DNA of 64,000 nucleotides from the NCBI GenBank assembly GCA_963556825.1, contig CAUWAM010000001.1:685-64684 (forward strand), read 5' to 3'. The notes beneath the pieces were generated by a model. It was given only the letters and a program-made list of their open reading frames with translations, searched no databases and was not told the DNA's origin. This DNA is from an uncultured Clostridia bacterium (GTDB lineage: Bacteria > Bacillota > Clostridia > TANB77 > CAG-508). Every line of letters begins with the position of its first letter. The stretch's first letter is position 1. Made by a program: the position numbers and the translations under genes. Below, one piece after another: positions 1 through 11,871 of this stretch.

Positions 1-2
1 TT

Positions 3-257
3 CGTTATTGCTATAATACAGGAAATATCACTGGTGGTGGTAGAGGAATAGGCTCTATTGTGGGAGAGTCAAATAATACAAGTGTCGATAATTGCTATTG
101 GATTTCAAATCAACCCTGTTTAGGATATCGTGGAAGTCAAACTAATAGTAGAAAAATGACAATAGATGAATTAAAAGCATATACTAATGAATATTTTAAA
201 ACAGATACAGGTGGAATGATAAATAACGGATTTCCAATATTATACTGGCAAAAATAA
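3..257 (+). CDS. C-terminal fragment of a hypothetical protein (5' end outside window)
   Basis: Frame is open from the window edge to a TAA at 255-257 (..RYCYNTGNITGGGRG..ILYWQK*). No recognisable family. Confidence 0.3.
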   Translation, partial: RYCYNTGNITGGGRGIGSIVGESNNTSVDNCYWISNQPCLGYRGSQTNSRKMTIDELKAYTNEYFKTDTGGMINNGFPILYWQK

Positions 258-294
258 CTAAAAATTTAGAAGTTTATAGTGGGAAATTTTAAAA

Positions 295-327
295 ATAGAA
301 ACAAAATGCAATTGTTTCTATTTTTTT
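295..327 (+). terminator. Rho-independent terminator
   Basis: Hairpin tagaaaca-N9-tgtttcta followed by a T7 run. Confidence 0.45.
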
Positions 328-433
328 AATTAAAATTTTAAAACTTTTTATTCCAAACAACAAATATAAAATAAAATCTAAATTTAAAATGAAAACAAAA
401 AACAAACAAACAACTATAAATAACAAAAATCCT

Positions 434-462
434 CTTGAAAAAAAGCCCGAAACATAGTAAAA
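434..462 (+). promoter_or_regulatory. sigma-A-type promoter upstream of pth
   Basis: TTGAAA, 17 nt spacer, TAAAAT, about 35 nt before the pth RBS. Confidence 0.4.
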
Positions 463-495
463 TAGATAAGTAAAAAATAAAAAGAGGTAACTAAA

Positions 496-1053
496 ATGTA
501 TTTAATAGTAGGATTAGGAAATCCAGAAAATGAATATGCACACACAAGGCATAATATGGGATTTGAAACAATAAACCAAATAGCAAAAAATAATAATATA
601 CAAATAACAAAAAACAAATTCAAAGGAATATTTGAAAATGCAATAATCCAAAATAAAAAAGCAATATTGTTAAAACCACAAACATATATGAATCTAAGTG
701 GAGAATCAGTAAAAGAAGTAGTAGACTTTTATAATATAAGACCAGAAGAAATTATAGTAATATATGATGATATAGATATAGAAAAAGGAAGTATAAAAAT
801 AAGAAAAAAAGGTGGAGCAGGTTCTCATAATGGAATGAAATCAGTCGTAGAAAAATTAAACACAACAGATTTTGCCCGAATAAGAATAGGAATAGGACAA
901 CCAGAATTTAAAAATGACATGATAAATTATGTAATAGGATCTATATCAGAAGAAGAACAAAAAATATTACAAGTTGGAGTAGAAAAAGCAGCAGAGGCAG
1001 TAGAGGAAATATTAAAAAACGGAATAGATATTGCAATGAATAAATTTAATTAA
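496..1053 (+). CDS. pth: peptidyl-tRNA hydrolase
   Basis: N-terminus MYLIVGLGNPENEYAHTRHNMGF is a canonical Pth signature; 185 aa; RBS aaagagg. Confidence 0.9.
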   Translation: MYLIVGLGNPENEYAHTRHNMGFETINQIAKNNNIQITKNKFKGIFENAIIQNKKAILLKPQTYMNLSGESVKEVVDFYNIRPEEIIVIYDDIDIEKGSIKIRKKGGAGSHNGMKSVVEKLNTTDFARIRIGIGQPEFKNDMINYVIGSISEEEQKILQVGVEKAAEAVEEILKNGIDIAMNKFN

Positions 1054-1068
1054 AGAGAGGAAAATAGC

Positions 1069-2253
1069 ATGATAGAAATATTAATAGACAAAAAAGAAAA
1101 TGAAAAAGAAATAGCACTAGTAGAAAATGGTAATTTAATAGAATATTACATAGATGAGAACGAATCAATAAGAAGAGAGGGAAACATTTATGTAGGAATA
1201 GTAAAAGACATAATAAAAGGAATGCAAGCCGCTTTTGTTGATATAGGTACAGAGAAAAATAGTTTTATACACTTAAAAGATTTATTACCAAAAATAGATG
1301 AAACTAAACAAAAAAACGATACAAGTATAAAAATAAATGATGCAGTAAAAAAGGGTCAAAAGATATTAGTTCAAGTAAAAAAAGATAGTAATAATCAAAA
1401 AGGAGCAAGAGTATCAACACATATAAATTTACCAAGTAAATATATAGTATTAATGCCAGATACAGATATAATAACAGTATCACAAAAAGTAGAAAATAAA
1501 AAAGAACAAGAAAGATTAATAAAAATTGTAAAAGAAAATATAACAATGGGAAACGGAGCTATTATAAGAACTTCTGCAATTGGGAAAGAACAAGAAATAA
1601 TTGAAGATATAAAAAATATAGAAAATAAATGGAAAAAAATTAAAGAAAAATTTGAAAAAACAAAAATAGAAACACCACAACTTATAGAAAAAGCTGAAAG
1701 TATTGTTGAAAAAATGATATTAGATTTACCTGAAAAATCAATAGAAAAAATTACAGTAAATGATAAAAATGAATATCAAAGACTTGAAACACTAAAAAAA
1801 GAAAGTACTTATATAAACACAACAAAAATTGAATTTGAAGCAAATAATAATATATTAGATAAATATGATATTAAAAAGCAAATAGAAAAAATTCAAAACA
1901 GAAAAATATGGCTAAAGTGTGGAGGTTTTATAACAATAGATAAAACAGAAGCATTAACAGCAATAGATGTAAATACTGGAAAATATACAGGAAATAAAGA
2001 AATGGAACAAACAGTATATAAAGTTAATGAAGAAGCAACAATCGAAATTGCCAAACAATTAAGATTAAGAGATATTGGTGGAATTATAATAATTGATTAT
2101 ATAGATATGGCAGACCCAAAAGATAAGGAGAAAATCCAAAACTTATTAATAGAAAAATTAAATAATGACAGAACAAAAACACAAGTAGAAGGATTTACAA
2201 AATTAGATTTAATGGAAATGACAAGAAAACACATATGTAGTCATAAAGAATAA
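1069..2253 (+). CDS. RNase E/G family ribonuclease (S1 domain plus catalytic core)
   Basis: An S1-like N-terminus (NIYVGIVKDIIKGMQAAFVDIGTEKNSFIHLKD) matches the Rne/Rng family. Confidence 0.75.
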   Translation: MIEILIDKKENEKEIALVENGNLIEYYIDENESIRREGNIYVGIVKDIIKGMQAAFVDIGTEKNSFIHLKDLLPKIDETKQKNDTSIKINDAVKKGQKILVQVKKDSNNQKGARVSTHINLPSKYIVLMPDTDIITVSQKVENKKEQERLIKIVKENITMGNGAIIRTSAIGKEQEIIEDIKNIENKWKKIKEKFEKTKIETPQLIEKAESIVEKMILDLPEKSIEKITVNDKNEYQRLETLKKESTYINTTKIEFEANNNILDKYDIKKQIEKIQNRKIWLKCGGFITIDKTEALTAIDVNTGKYTGNKEMEQTVYKVNEEATIEIAKQLRLRDIGGIIIIDYIDMADPKDKEKIQNLLIEKLNNDRTKTQVEGFTKLDLMEMTRKHICSHKE

Positions 2254-2275
2254 TAAAAAGTAAAGGAAGTAAAAA

Positions 2276-3643
2276 ATGAATGTTGGATTTATATCACTAG
2301 GATGCAGTAAAAATTTAATAGACACAGAAGTAACAATTGGAAAATTTAAAAAAAATCATTATAAAATAGTAAATAAACCAGAAGATGCAGATATATTAGT
2401 TATAAATACATGTGGATTCATAGAAACAGCCAAAGAAGAAGCTATTAACACAATTCTAGAAATGGCAGAGTATAAAAATCAAAGATGTAAATATCTAATT
2501 GTAATGGGATGTTTGGTACAAAGATATTATGAGGATTTAGTAAAAGCTTTACCAGAAGTAGATTTATTTATAAAAATAGACGAGTATAATAATTTGTGGG
2601 AAAAAGTGGAAGATTTAATAAAAAGAAATATTGTTGAAAAATCAAAAACAAAAACTAGTACAAAAATTTCAGAAATTGGACCACTTCCAATGCCTACATA
2701 TGATGAGTTTTTAAATAGAGTTGTAACAACCGGTAAAAATTACGCTTATTTAAAAATTGGTGAGGGTTGTAGTAATAAATGTACTTATTGTGCAATTCCA
2801 TATATTAGAGGACCATTTGTAAGTAGAAAAATGGAAGATATTTTACAAGAAGCGGAAAAACTTGCAAATGAAGGAATAAAAGAAATAATATTAATAGCAC
2901 AAGATACAACAAAATACGGAGAAGATATTTATGGAAAAAGTAAATTAGCAGAATTATTAAAAGAAATAAGCAAAATAGAAGGAATAAAATGGGTGAGGTT
3001 TTTATATTCATATCCGGAGGGAATTACAGATGAATTAATAAACGTAGTTGCAAATAACTCTAAAATATCAAAATATTTTGATATACCAATTCAACATATA
3101 TCAAACACTGTACTAAAAAAGATGAATAGAAAAACTTCAAAAGAAAAGATAGAAGACTTAATAAAAAAGATTAGAAATAAAATTCCAAATGTTACACTAA
3201 GAACAAGCTTAATAGTAGGTTTTCCAGGAGAAACAGAAGAAGAATTTAGAGAGCTTTTAGAATTTGCAAAAAAATCTAAATTTGATAAATTGGGAACATT
3301 TATGTATTCTAAAGAAGAAGGTACACCAGCAGCGAAACTTCCAGAACAAATACATGGAAATACTAAAAAATCAAGATACAATAAAATAATGAAAGTCCAA
3401 AAACAAATTTCTTTAGAAAAGCAAGAAAATAAAATAGGAAAAACATATAAAGTTTTAGTTGAAAATATATCTTTTGATGGAAAATATTTTATAGGAAGAA
3501 CAATGCAAGACGTACCAGAAGAAGATGGACTAGTATATATAAAAGATGCTTCAAAATATAAACAAGAAGATATAGTAAATCATTTTGTGGAATGCAAAAT
3601 TGAAGAGGCAAGCGAATATGATTTAATAGGAAAAATGGTATAA
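2276..3643 (+). CDS. rimO: ribosomal protein S12 methylthiotransferase RimO (MiaB family radical SAM plus TRAM domain)
   Basis: N-terminus MNVGFISLGCSKNLIDTE is RimO-like; a CxxxCxxC radical SAM cluster (GCSNKCTYCAIP) is present, plus a C-terminal TRAM-like region; 455 aa. Confidence 0.75.
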   Translation: MNVGFISLGCSKNLIDTEVTIGKFKKNHYKIVNKPEDADILVINTCGFIETAKEEAINTILEMAEYKNQRCKYLIVMGCLVQRYYEDLVKALPEVDLFIKIDEYNNLWEKVEDLIKRNIVEKSKTKTSTKISEIGPLPMPTYDEFLNRVVTTGKNYAYLKIGEGCSNKCTYCAIPYIRGPFVSRKMEDILQEAEKLANEGIKEIILIAQDTTKYGEDIYGKSKLAELLKEISKIEGIKWVRFLYSYPEGITDELINVVANNSKISKYFDIPIQHISNTVLKKMNRKTSKEKIEDLIKKIRNKIPNVTLRTSLIVGFPGETEEEFRELLEFAKKSKFDKLGTFMYSKEEGTPAAKLPEQIHGNTKKSRYNKIMKVQKQISLEKQENKIGKTYKVLVENISFDGKYFIGRTMQDVPEEDGLVYIKDASKYKQEDIVNHFVECKIEEASEYDLIGKMV

Positions 3644-3688
3644 AATTTATTAAAATATAATTTTTCAAAAAGAAAGAGGGAATTTAAA

Positions 3689-4129
3689 ATGTTAAAAGAA
3701 AAATTATTAGAAGATTTGAAAGAATCTATGAAAGAAAAAAATCTAATTAGAAAGAACACAATTCAAATGATAAGAGCTGCAATATTACAAGTAGAAAAAG
3801 ACAAAGCGATAGAATTAAATGATGAACAAATAATTGAAATAATAGCGAAAGAATCAAAAAAGAGAAAAGATGCAGCAGCAGACTTTGAAAAAAGTGGAAG
3901 AGAAGATTTGATTAATCAAAATAAAGAAGAATTAAGTATATTAGCAGAATATTTACCAAAACAATTAACAGAAGAAGAAGTACAAAAAATTGTAAAAGAA
4001 ATCGTTGCTGAAACAGGAGCATCTTCAATTAAAGATATGGGAATGGTAATGAAAGTATCTAAAGAAAAAATAGGTGCAGCTGCTGATGGAAAATTAATTA
4101 GTGAAGTTGTAAAGGGAATTTTAGCGTAA
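3689..4129 (+). CDS. GatB/YqeY domain protein
   Basis: 146 aa with typical YqeY helical repeats (..KESKKRKDAAADFEKSGREDL..). Confidence 0.8.
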   Translation: MLKEKLLEDLKESMKEKNLIRKNTIQMIRAAILQVEKDKAIELNDEQIIEIIAKESKKRKDAAADFEKSGREDLINQNKEELSILAEYLPKQLTEEEVQKIVKEIVAETGASSIKDMGMVMKVSKEKIGAAADGKLISEVVKGILA

Positions 4130-4156
4130 ATAATAATTTTGAGCGAAAAATAAAAG

Positions 4157-4185
4157 TTGCAAAACACAGAAAAATATGCTATAAT
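4157..4185 (+). promoter_or_regulatory. near-consensus sigma-A promoter (extended -10)
   Basis: TTGCAA, 17 nt spacer, tgcTATAAT. It is followed by a 5'UTR hairpin GGAGGTtttaaatACCTCC and then the RBS aaggaggt. Confidence 0.55.
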
Positions 4186-4268
4186 TTAGATGTTACACGT
4201 TGTTAAAACCAAAGAGTGATAAAGCTTGGAGGTTTTAAATACCTCCATGTAAATAAAGGAGGTAAAAA

Positions 4269-4637
4269 ATGAACATTTTAGAAACAGAAATTGAAAATTA
4301 TCAAAAACTAAGAGAGAAAGCTGAAGGAATACTATCTGAATGTCAGACTTTAACTGATTTTACAAAGTTAAATAAGATGATAGGATGCAACTTAGGAAAA
4401 GAATATACTGATATTTATATTGCATATAAGGAGTTTAAAAGGTCAGTATTAAAATCAGGGAAAATGTCTGAAAAAGAATATGTATTTAGAGTTGGTATTC
4501 TTGAAGGTAGAATTTCTGAAAGAGTTAAGATGATTCAAATGGCAGCTAATAGAGATGTTATTTTAAAAGGAAAATTGGAGGAATTTCTGCTTGCTAAAAA
4601 TGAAATTACACAATACTTATTAGGTATTATGGATTAA
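4269..4637 (+). CDS. hypothetical protein (122 aa)
   Basis: Strong RBS and promoter. No family recognised. AAG/CTG/CAG codons are noticeably more frequent than in neighbouring genes. Confidence 0.5.
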   Translation: MNILETEIENYQKLREKAEGILSECQTLTDFTKLNKMIGCNLGKEYTDIYIAYKEFKRSVLKSGKMSEKEYVFRVGILEGRISERVKMIQMAANRDVILKGKLEEFLLAKNEITQYLLGIMD

Positions 4638-4640
4638 ACA

Positions 4641-4688
4641 GAAGTCGACTATCATTATATTTGATAGTCGGCTTCTAAATATTTTTTT
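4641..4688. terminator. bidirectional intrinsic terminator
   Basis: 14-bp stem gaagtcgactatca / tgatagtcggcttc, then a T-run. It overlaps the dapA stop. Confidence 0.5.
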
Positions 4689-5539
4689 AAAAGTAATTTT
4701 TTATCTTTGCTTAATTCAATTAAAGGTAATCTAGGAATACCAAAATTAAAACCACAATTATTTAATGCAAATTTTATAGGAATTGGATTCACTTCAGAAA
4801 ATAGTAAATTTATTAAAGGGATAGCTTTTAATTGCTTTTCAATAGCTTTATCAATATTATTTTCAAAAAAGTCAAAAATCATATCATGAGTATATTTAGG
4901 CATAATATTAGATAAAACAGAAATAACACCAATACCACCAAGAGAACAAATAGGAATTGCTTGGTCATCATTACCAGAATAGATATATAAATTATCACCA
5001 CACAAATGAGCAATTTGAGCAACTTGAGAGATATTGCCACTAGCTTCTTTGATAGCAATAATATTATCAACTTTTGACAATTCAAAACAAGTTTTAGGTT
5101 CAATATTTAAACCAGTTCTGCTTGGAACATTATACAAGATGATAGGAATATTTATACTATTAGCAATAGCTTTATAATGAGTAATTAATCCTAATTGAGT
5201 AGTTTTATTGTAATAAGGTGTAACAACTAATACTCCATCTGCACCAAGCTCTTCAGCAATTTTAGACATTCTAATTGCTTCATTTGTATTATTTGAACCA
5301 GTTCCAACAATAACAGGGATTTTTTTATTTGTCACTTCTAAAGCACATTTTATAGCAATAATTTTTTCTTCTTCAGTCATAGTAGAACTTTCACCAGTTG
5401 TGCCACAAACAATTATAGCATCAATATTATTATCAATTTGAAATTGTAAAAATTTCTTAAATTCAGAAACATTAACACCATTTTCATCAAATGGTGTAGG
5501 AACAGCTGAACCTGTACCTTTAAATAAAATTCTTTTCAT
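4655..5539 (-). CDS. dapA: 4-hydroxy-tetrahydrodipicolinate synthase
   Basis: DapA-like sequence (..AIIVCGTTGESSTMTEEEK.., ..GVLVVTPYYNK..). The likely start is the ATG at 5539 (MKRILFKG), with an RBS aaggag 8 nt upstream. The track starts 2 codons earlier at a TTG. Confidence 0.85.
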   Translation of the reverse strand: MKRILFKGTGSAVPTPFDENGVNVSEFKKFLQFQIDNNIDAIIVCGTTGESSTMTEEEKIIAIKCALEVTNKKIPVIVGTGSNNTNEAIRMSKIAEELGADGVLVVTPYYNKTTQLGLITHYKAIANSINIPIILYNVPSRTGLNIEPKTCFELSKVDNIIAIKEASGNISQVAQIAHLCGDNLYIYSGNDDQAIPICSLGGIGVISVLSNIMPKYTHDMIFDFFENNIDKAIEKQLKAIPLINLLFSEVNPIPIKFALNNCGFNFGIPRLPLIELSKDKKLLLKKYLEADYQI

Positions 5540-5680
5540 AGACAAACTCCTTAAAAATAAATTGATATAATAATAATTTTATTTGTAAATATACCAGAAA
5601 ATTCCAAAAAAATATTTGAAATTTATACTGATATATGATATACTTTTGATATAATGTATAAAATGAGAAGAGGTTAAAAA

Positions 5681-6700
5681 ATGAATAAAAAAAGAATATT
5701 AACAGGAGACAGACCAACAGGAAGATTACATATAGGACATTACTTTGGTTCACTAAAAACAAGATTAGAAATGCAAGATAATCCAGAATATGAACCATTT
5801 ATATTAATAGCAGATGTACAAGCATTAACAGACAATTTTAATAATCCGGAAAAAGTAAGAAAAAATGTAAGAGAAGTAGCAATAGATTATTTATCAGTTG
5901 GAATAGATCCTAAAAAGACAACAATATATGTGCAATCAATGATACCAGAAACAGCAGAACTAACAGTATTTTATTCAAACCTAGTTACAATAGCAAGACT
6001 GCAAAGAAATCCAACAGTAAAGACAGAAATAGCACAGAAAAAGGATTTGTTTGGAGAAAGTGTAACATATGGATTTTTAGGATACCCAGTAAGTCAAGCA
6101 GCAGATATAACAACATTTGAAGGAGAATTAGTACCAGTTGGAGAAGATCAATTACCATTAATTGAACAATGTAGAGAAATAGTAAGAAAATTCAATAGCA
6201 TATATGGAGAAGGAGTATTAAAAGAACCAAAAGCAGTATTATCAAATTCAAAAAGAATAAAAGGATTAGATGGAAACGACAAAATGGGTAAATCTTTAGG
6301 AAATGCAATATATTTATCAGATAGTGAAGAAGAAATTACAAAAAAAGTAATGAATGCAGTAACAGATCCTGCAAGAATAAAAAAAGACGACCCAGGCAAT
6401 CCTGATATATGTATGGTAGCATATTATCATAATTTATTTACAAAACCAGAAGAAGTAAAAACGGCATGTGAAGAATGTAAAGCTGGAAAACGTGGATGTG
6501 TAGCATGTAAAAAGCAATTAGCAAAAAATATAAACGAAGAACTAAAACCAATAAGAGAAAAAAGAGATTATTATGAAGCTCATCCGGAAGAAGTAGATAA
6601 AGTTTTAATAGAAGGAACTGAAAAAGCAAGAAAAGTAGCTAAAGAAACAATGAAAAAAGTAAAAAAAGCAATGATGTTAGACTATTTCGAAGAAGATTAA
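5681..6700 (+). CDS. trpS: tryptophan--tRNA ligase
   Basis: Class I HIGH motif (TGDRPTGRLHIGHYFG) and KMSKS motif (KMGKSLGN); 339 aa. Confidence 0.9.
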   Translation: MNKKRILTGDRPTGRLHIGHYFGSLKTRLEMQDNPEYEPFILIADVQALTDNFNNPEKVRKNVREVAIDYLSVGIDPKKTTIYVQSMIPETAELTVFYSNLVTIARLQRNPTVKTEIAQKKDLFGESVTYGFLGYPVSQAADITTFEGELVPVGEDQLPLIEQCREIVRKFNSIYGEGVLKEPKAVLSNSKRIKGLDGNDKMGKSLGNAIYLSDSEEEITKKVMNAVTDPARIKKDDPGNPDICMVAYYHNLFTKPEEVKTACEECKAGKRGCVACKKQLAKNINEELKPIREKRDYYEAHPEEVDKVLIEGTEKARKVAKETMKKVKKAMMLDYFEED

Positions 6701-6703
6701 GCT

Positions 6704-6730
6704 GTCAAAGGGGACGCCCTTTTTTGACAA
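6704..6730 (+). terminator. intrinsic terminator after trpS
   Basis: aaaggg-gacg-cccttt hairpin followed by a T-run. Confidence 0.45.
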
Positions 6731-6765
6731 CAATAAGAGAAAAAAGTGATTATTTAGTAAAATAG

Positions 6766-8049
<1,284 letters not shown>

Positions 8050-8073
8050 GAATATTGAAAAGGAGAAAGAAAA

Positions 8074-9582
8074 ATGAGTGAAAATAATAACCAAAATAAT
8101 AATGAAGTAGAAGAATTAGATATTAATCATCTAATGCAAATAAGAAGAGATAAATTGAAAGAATTACAAGATGAAGGAAAAGACCCATTTGAAATAACAA
8201 AATTTAATAGAACAAATTCAGCAGGAGAAATAAAAACAAATTATGACAAATTTGAACAAAAAGACGTAACAGTAGCAGGAAGAATAATAGCAAAAAGAAT
8301 AATGGGAAAAGCATCATTTTGTACAATTCAAGATAGTGATGAAAAAATTCAAAGTTATGTAAGTATAAATGATTTAGGAGAAGAAAGTTATAAAGCATTT
8401 AAAACATATGATATTGGAGATATAATTGGAATAACAGGATTTGTATTTAAAACAAGAACAGAAGAAATATCAGTGCATGCAAAAGAAGTAACATTACTTT
8501 CTAAATCATTAAGACCATTACCAGAAAAATTCCATGGATTAAAAGATCCTGATTTAAGATATAGACAAAGATATGTGGATTTAATAATGAATCCAGAAGT
8601 GAAAAAAACATTTGAAACAAGAAGTAAAATAATAAGTAATATAAGAAGTATATTAGAAGAAGAAGGATTTTTAGAAGTTGAAACACCAGTATTAAACACA
8701 ATATCAGGTGGAGCAACAGCTAGACCATTTATAACACATCACAATGCTTTAGACATAAGCATGTATTTAAGAATAGCATTAGAATTAAACTTAAAAAGAC
8801 TAATAGTGGGTGGATTTGATAAAGTATATGAAATAGGAAGAGTATTTAGAAATGAAGGTATGGATATTAGACATAATCCAGAATTTACAATGCTTGAACT
8901 ATATGCGTCATATCAAGACTTCCATGATATGATGGATATAACTGAAAAAATATTCTCACAAACAGCACAAAAAGTTTTAGGAACAACAAAAATAACATAT
9001 CAAGGACAAGAAATAGATTTAACACCAGGATGGAAAAGAATTACTATGGTAGATAGCATCAAAGAAGCATGCGGAGTGGACTTCAATAAAATAACAACAG
9101 ATGAAGAAGCTGTTGCTTTAGCTAAAGAAAGAGGTATAGAAATTCCAGACTCAACAAAAGAAACAAGAGGTGATGTAATAAGTTTATTCTTTGATGAATA
9201 TGTAGAAAAAACATTAATACAACCAACATTTATATATGAGTATCCAGTAGAAATATCACCACTTGCAAAAAAATGTCCAGATAATAAAAAAATGACAGAA
9301 AGATTTGAAGTATTTATCGGTGGTAGAGAATACGGAAATGCATTTTCAGAATTAAATGACCCAATCGACCAATATGAAAGATTTAAAAAACAAGTAGAGG
9401 CAAAAGAAGCTGGGGATGAAGAAGCTGGAATGATGGATGAAGATTATATTAATGCATTAGAAATAGGATTACCTCCAACAGGTGGATTAGGAATTGGAAT
9501 TGATAGATTAGTAATGCTATTAACAGATGCAGCTTCAATAAGAGATGTATTATTATTCCCAACAATGAAACCCTTAAATTAA
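8074..9582 (+). CDS. lysS: lysine--tRNA ligase (class II)
   Basis: An OB anticodon-binding N-terminus and a class II core (..[18 protein letters not shown].., [14 protein letters not shown]); 502 aa. Confidence 0.9.
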   Translation: MSENNNQNNNEVEELDINHLMQIRRDKLKELQDEGKDPFEITKFNRTNSAGEIKTNYDKFEQKDVTVAGRIIAKRIMGKASFCTIQDSDEKIQSYVSINDLGEESYKAFKTYDIGDIIGITGFVFKTRTEEISVHAKEVTLLSKSLRPLPEKFHGLKDPDLRYRQRYVDLIMNPEVKKTFETRSKIISNIRSILEEEGFLEVETPVLNTISGGATARPFITHHNALDISMYLRIALELNLKRLIVGGFDKVYEIGRVFRNEGMDIRHNPEFTMLELYASYQDFHDMMDITEKIFSQTAQKVLGTTKITYQGQEIDLTPGWKRITMVDSIKEACGVDFNKITTDEEAVALAKERGIEIPDSTKETRGDVISLFFDEYVEKTLIQPTFIYEYPVEISPLAKKCPDNKKMTERFEVFIGGREYGNAFSELNDPIDQYERFKKQVEAKEAGDEEAGMMDEDYINALEIGLPPTGGLGIGIDRLVMLLTDAASIRDVLLFPTMKPLN

Positions 9583-9624
9583 TCGAAATATAAAGGCAAT
9601 AAGGAATTTAGAGAGGAGAATATA

Positions 9625-11067
9625 ATGAATAACGATAATAATGAATTTGTTAAAGAAATTACAAATATAGATGAAGACTTTGCTCAATGGTATACAGACA
9701 TTGTTTTAAAAGCAGAATTAGCAGATTATGCAGATACAAAGGGATGTATTGCCATAAAACCATATGGATATGCAATATGGGAAAATATTCAAAAATATGC
9801 TGATGAAAAATTTAAGAAAACTGGAGTCGAAAATGTGTATTTTCCAGTTTTAATTCCAGAAAGTTTATTACAAAAAGAAAAAGACCATGTAGAAGGATTT
9901 GCACCAGAAGTTGCTTGGGTTACAGAAGCAGGAGGAGAAAAGTTAGATGAAAAATTATGTATTAGGCCAACATCAGAAACAATAATATCTACAATGTATT
10001 CTAAATGGCTAAAATCATGGAGAGATTTACCATTTGTATATAATCAATGGTGTAATGTATTAAGATGGGAAAAAGAAACAAGACCATTTTTAAGATCAAG
10101 AGAATTTTTATGGCAAGAAGGACATACAATACATGAAACAGCAGAAGAGGCTAAAACTAGAACATTACAAATGTTAGATATATATGCTGATATAGCAGAA
10201 AATTTACTTGCAATTCCAGTAATAAAAGGAATTAAAACAGAAAGTGAAAAATTTGCTGGTGCAGAAGCTACATATACAATAGAATGTATGATGCATGATG
10301 GTAGAGCGTTACAATCAGCAACATCACACTATTTTGGACAAAACTTTACACAACCTTTTGATATAAAATTCCAAAATCGTGAAGGGAAAGAAGAAAATGC
10401 ATATCAAACATCTTGGGGAACTAGTACAAGACTAATAGGTGGATTAATTATGGCACATGGTGACAATAGAGGATTAAAATTACCACCAAGAGTTGCGCCT
10501 ATTCAGGTAGTAATAGTTCCAATAGCACAACATAAAGAAGGTGTGTTAGATAAAGTATATGAAGTAAAGGAAAAATTATCTGATAAATTCAGAGTGAAAG
10601 TTGATGATAGAGATAAATATTCACCAGGATATAAATTTAATTATTGGGAAATGAAAGGTGTTCCATTAAGATTGGAAATAGGTCCTAGAGATATAGAAAA
10701 TGGCGAATGTATATTAGTAAGAAGAGATACTTCAGAAAAAATAAAAGTTAAATTAGAAAATATAGATGAAGAAATTAAGGAATTATTAGAAAAAATACAT
10801 ACAAATATGTTTGAAGAATGCAGTAAAAGAATGGAAGAAAAAACAACAATTGCTTTGAATTTAGAAGAATTTAAATATAATATGGATTCAAATCAGGGAT
10901 TTGTAAAAGCAATGTGGTGTGGAGATGAAGAATGTGAAAATAAAATAAGAGAATTAACAGGAGCAAAATCAAGATGTATTCCATTTGAAAAAGAACATCT
11001 TTCTGATAAATGTGTTTGCTGTGGTAAGCCAGCAAAGCATATGGTAATATGGGGAAGACAATATTAA
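9625..11067 (+). CDS. proS: proline--tRNA ligase (archaeal/eukaryotic-type short form)
   Basis: 480 aa class II core with a C-terminal Zn-binding Cys cluster, ending in ..WGRQY as archaeal-type ProRS does. Confidence 0.85.
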   Translation: MNNDNNEFVKEITNIDEDFAQWYTDIVLKAELADYADTKGCIAIKPYGYAIWENIQKYADEKFKKTGVENVYFPVLIPESLLQKEKDHVEGFAPEVAWVTEAGGEKLDEKLCIRPTSETIISTMYSKWLKSWRDLPFVYNQWCNVLRWEKETRPFLRSREFLWQEGHTIHETAEEAKTRTLQMLDIYADIAENLLAIPVIKGIKTESEKFAGAEATYTIECMMHDGRALQSATSHYFGQNFTQPFDIKFQNREGKEENAYQTSWGTSTRLIGGLIMAHGDNRGLKLPPRVAPIQVVIVPIAQHKEGVLDKVYEVKEKLSDKFRVKVDDRDKYSPGYKFNYWEMKGVPLRLEIGPRDIENGECILVRRDTSEKIKVKLENIDEEIKELLEKIHTNMFEECSKRMEEKTTIALNLEEFKYNMDSNQGFVKAMWCGDEECENKIRELTGAKSRCIPFEKEHLSDKCVCCGKPAKHMVIWGRQY

Positions 11068-11097
11068 AAAATAAAAACATTAGAAAAGGAGAATAAT

Positions 11098-11838
11098 ATG
11101 TTTAATTTTTCATTTGATAAAAGGATGATGTATATAATAATTGGAATAATGCTACTATTTTTATTAGTACAATATGTAGCAAATCCAGGACAATTAATAG
11201 GATTATTATTAAGTGCACCTGGAGTGTTAATAGCAATAACATTCCATGAATTTGCACACGGATATGCAGCATATAAATTAGGGGATGATACTGCAAAAAA
11301 TCAAGGAAGACTTAGTTTAAACCCATTTGCACATTTAGATCCAGTAGGAACATTAATGTTATTGGTTGCAGGATTTGGATGGGGAAGACCAGTACAAGTA
11401 AATCCAAGAAATTATACCAGAAAAATTTCAATGGAAAAAGGAGAAGCAATAGTATCAGCTGCTGGTCCAATAATGAATTTAGTACTAGCATTAATATTTG
11501 CTTTAATATATTGTGCAATATATAAATTTGCAAGCACAGCATTTTTAATATCAACAATAGGTCAAATTATATTATTATTAGTATCAAGTACAATTTCAAT
11601 AAATATAGGACTAGGTGTATTTAATTTAATACCATTACCACCACTAGATGGTTCAAAAATTATAATGCCATTTTTACCATATAAAGCTAAAGAATTCTTT
11701 ATGAATAATGAACAAATATTTTATATAGTTTTTGTACTAATTTGGATAACAGGAATTGCTGGAACAATAATAACACCAGCAATTAATTGGGTAAGTAGTG
11801 GAATATTATCACTTGGAAAATTAATATTTGGAATATAA
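11098..11838 (+). CDS. site-2 protease family (peptidase M50) membrane metalloprotease
   Basis: HEFAHGYAAY HExxH motif in TM1, multiple TM segments, and an LDG motif (PLPPLDGSKI). Confidence 0.7.
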   Translation: MFNFSFDKRMMYIIIGIMLLFLLVQYVANPGQLIGLLLSAPGVLIAITFHEFAHGYAAYKLGDDTAKNQGRLSLNPFAHLDPVGTLMLLVAGFGWGRPVQVNPRNYTRKISMEKGEAIVSAAGPIMNLVLALIFALIYCAIYKFASTAFLISTIGQIILLLVSSTISINIGLGVFNLIPLPPLDGSKIIMPFLPYKAKEFFMNNEQIFYIVFVLIWITGIAGTIITPAINWVSSGILSLGKLIFGI

Positions 11839-11871
11839 TTTTAAATTGAAATATAAATAGAAAAGGAAAAA

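Noticed and set aside
1304-1546. Numerous 60-120-aa minus-strand (and some plus-strand) ORFs in the track that overlap real genes. Examples are 1304-1546, 2805-3011, 6965-7174, 24823-25185, 37899-38186 and 59566-59916. They are rich in L/F/I/Y.
   Set aside because: These are antisense reading frames of A-rich coding sequence in a 27% GC genome, where stop codons are depleted. They have low-complexity composition and no RBS, and they sit entirely inside well-supported genes.
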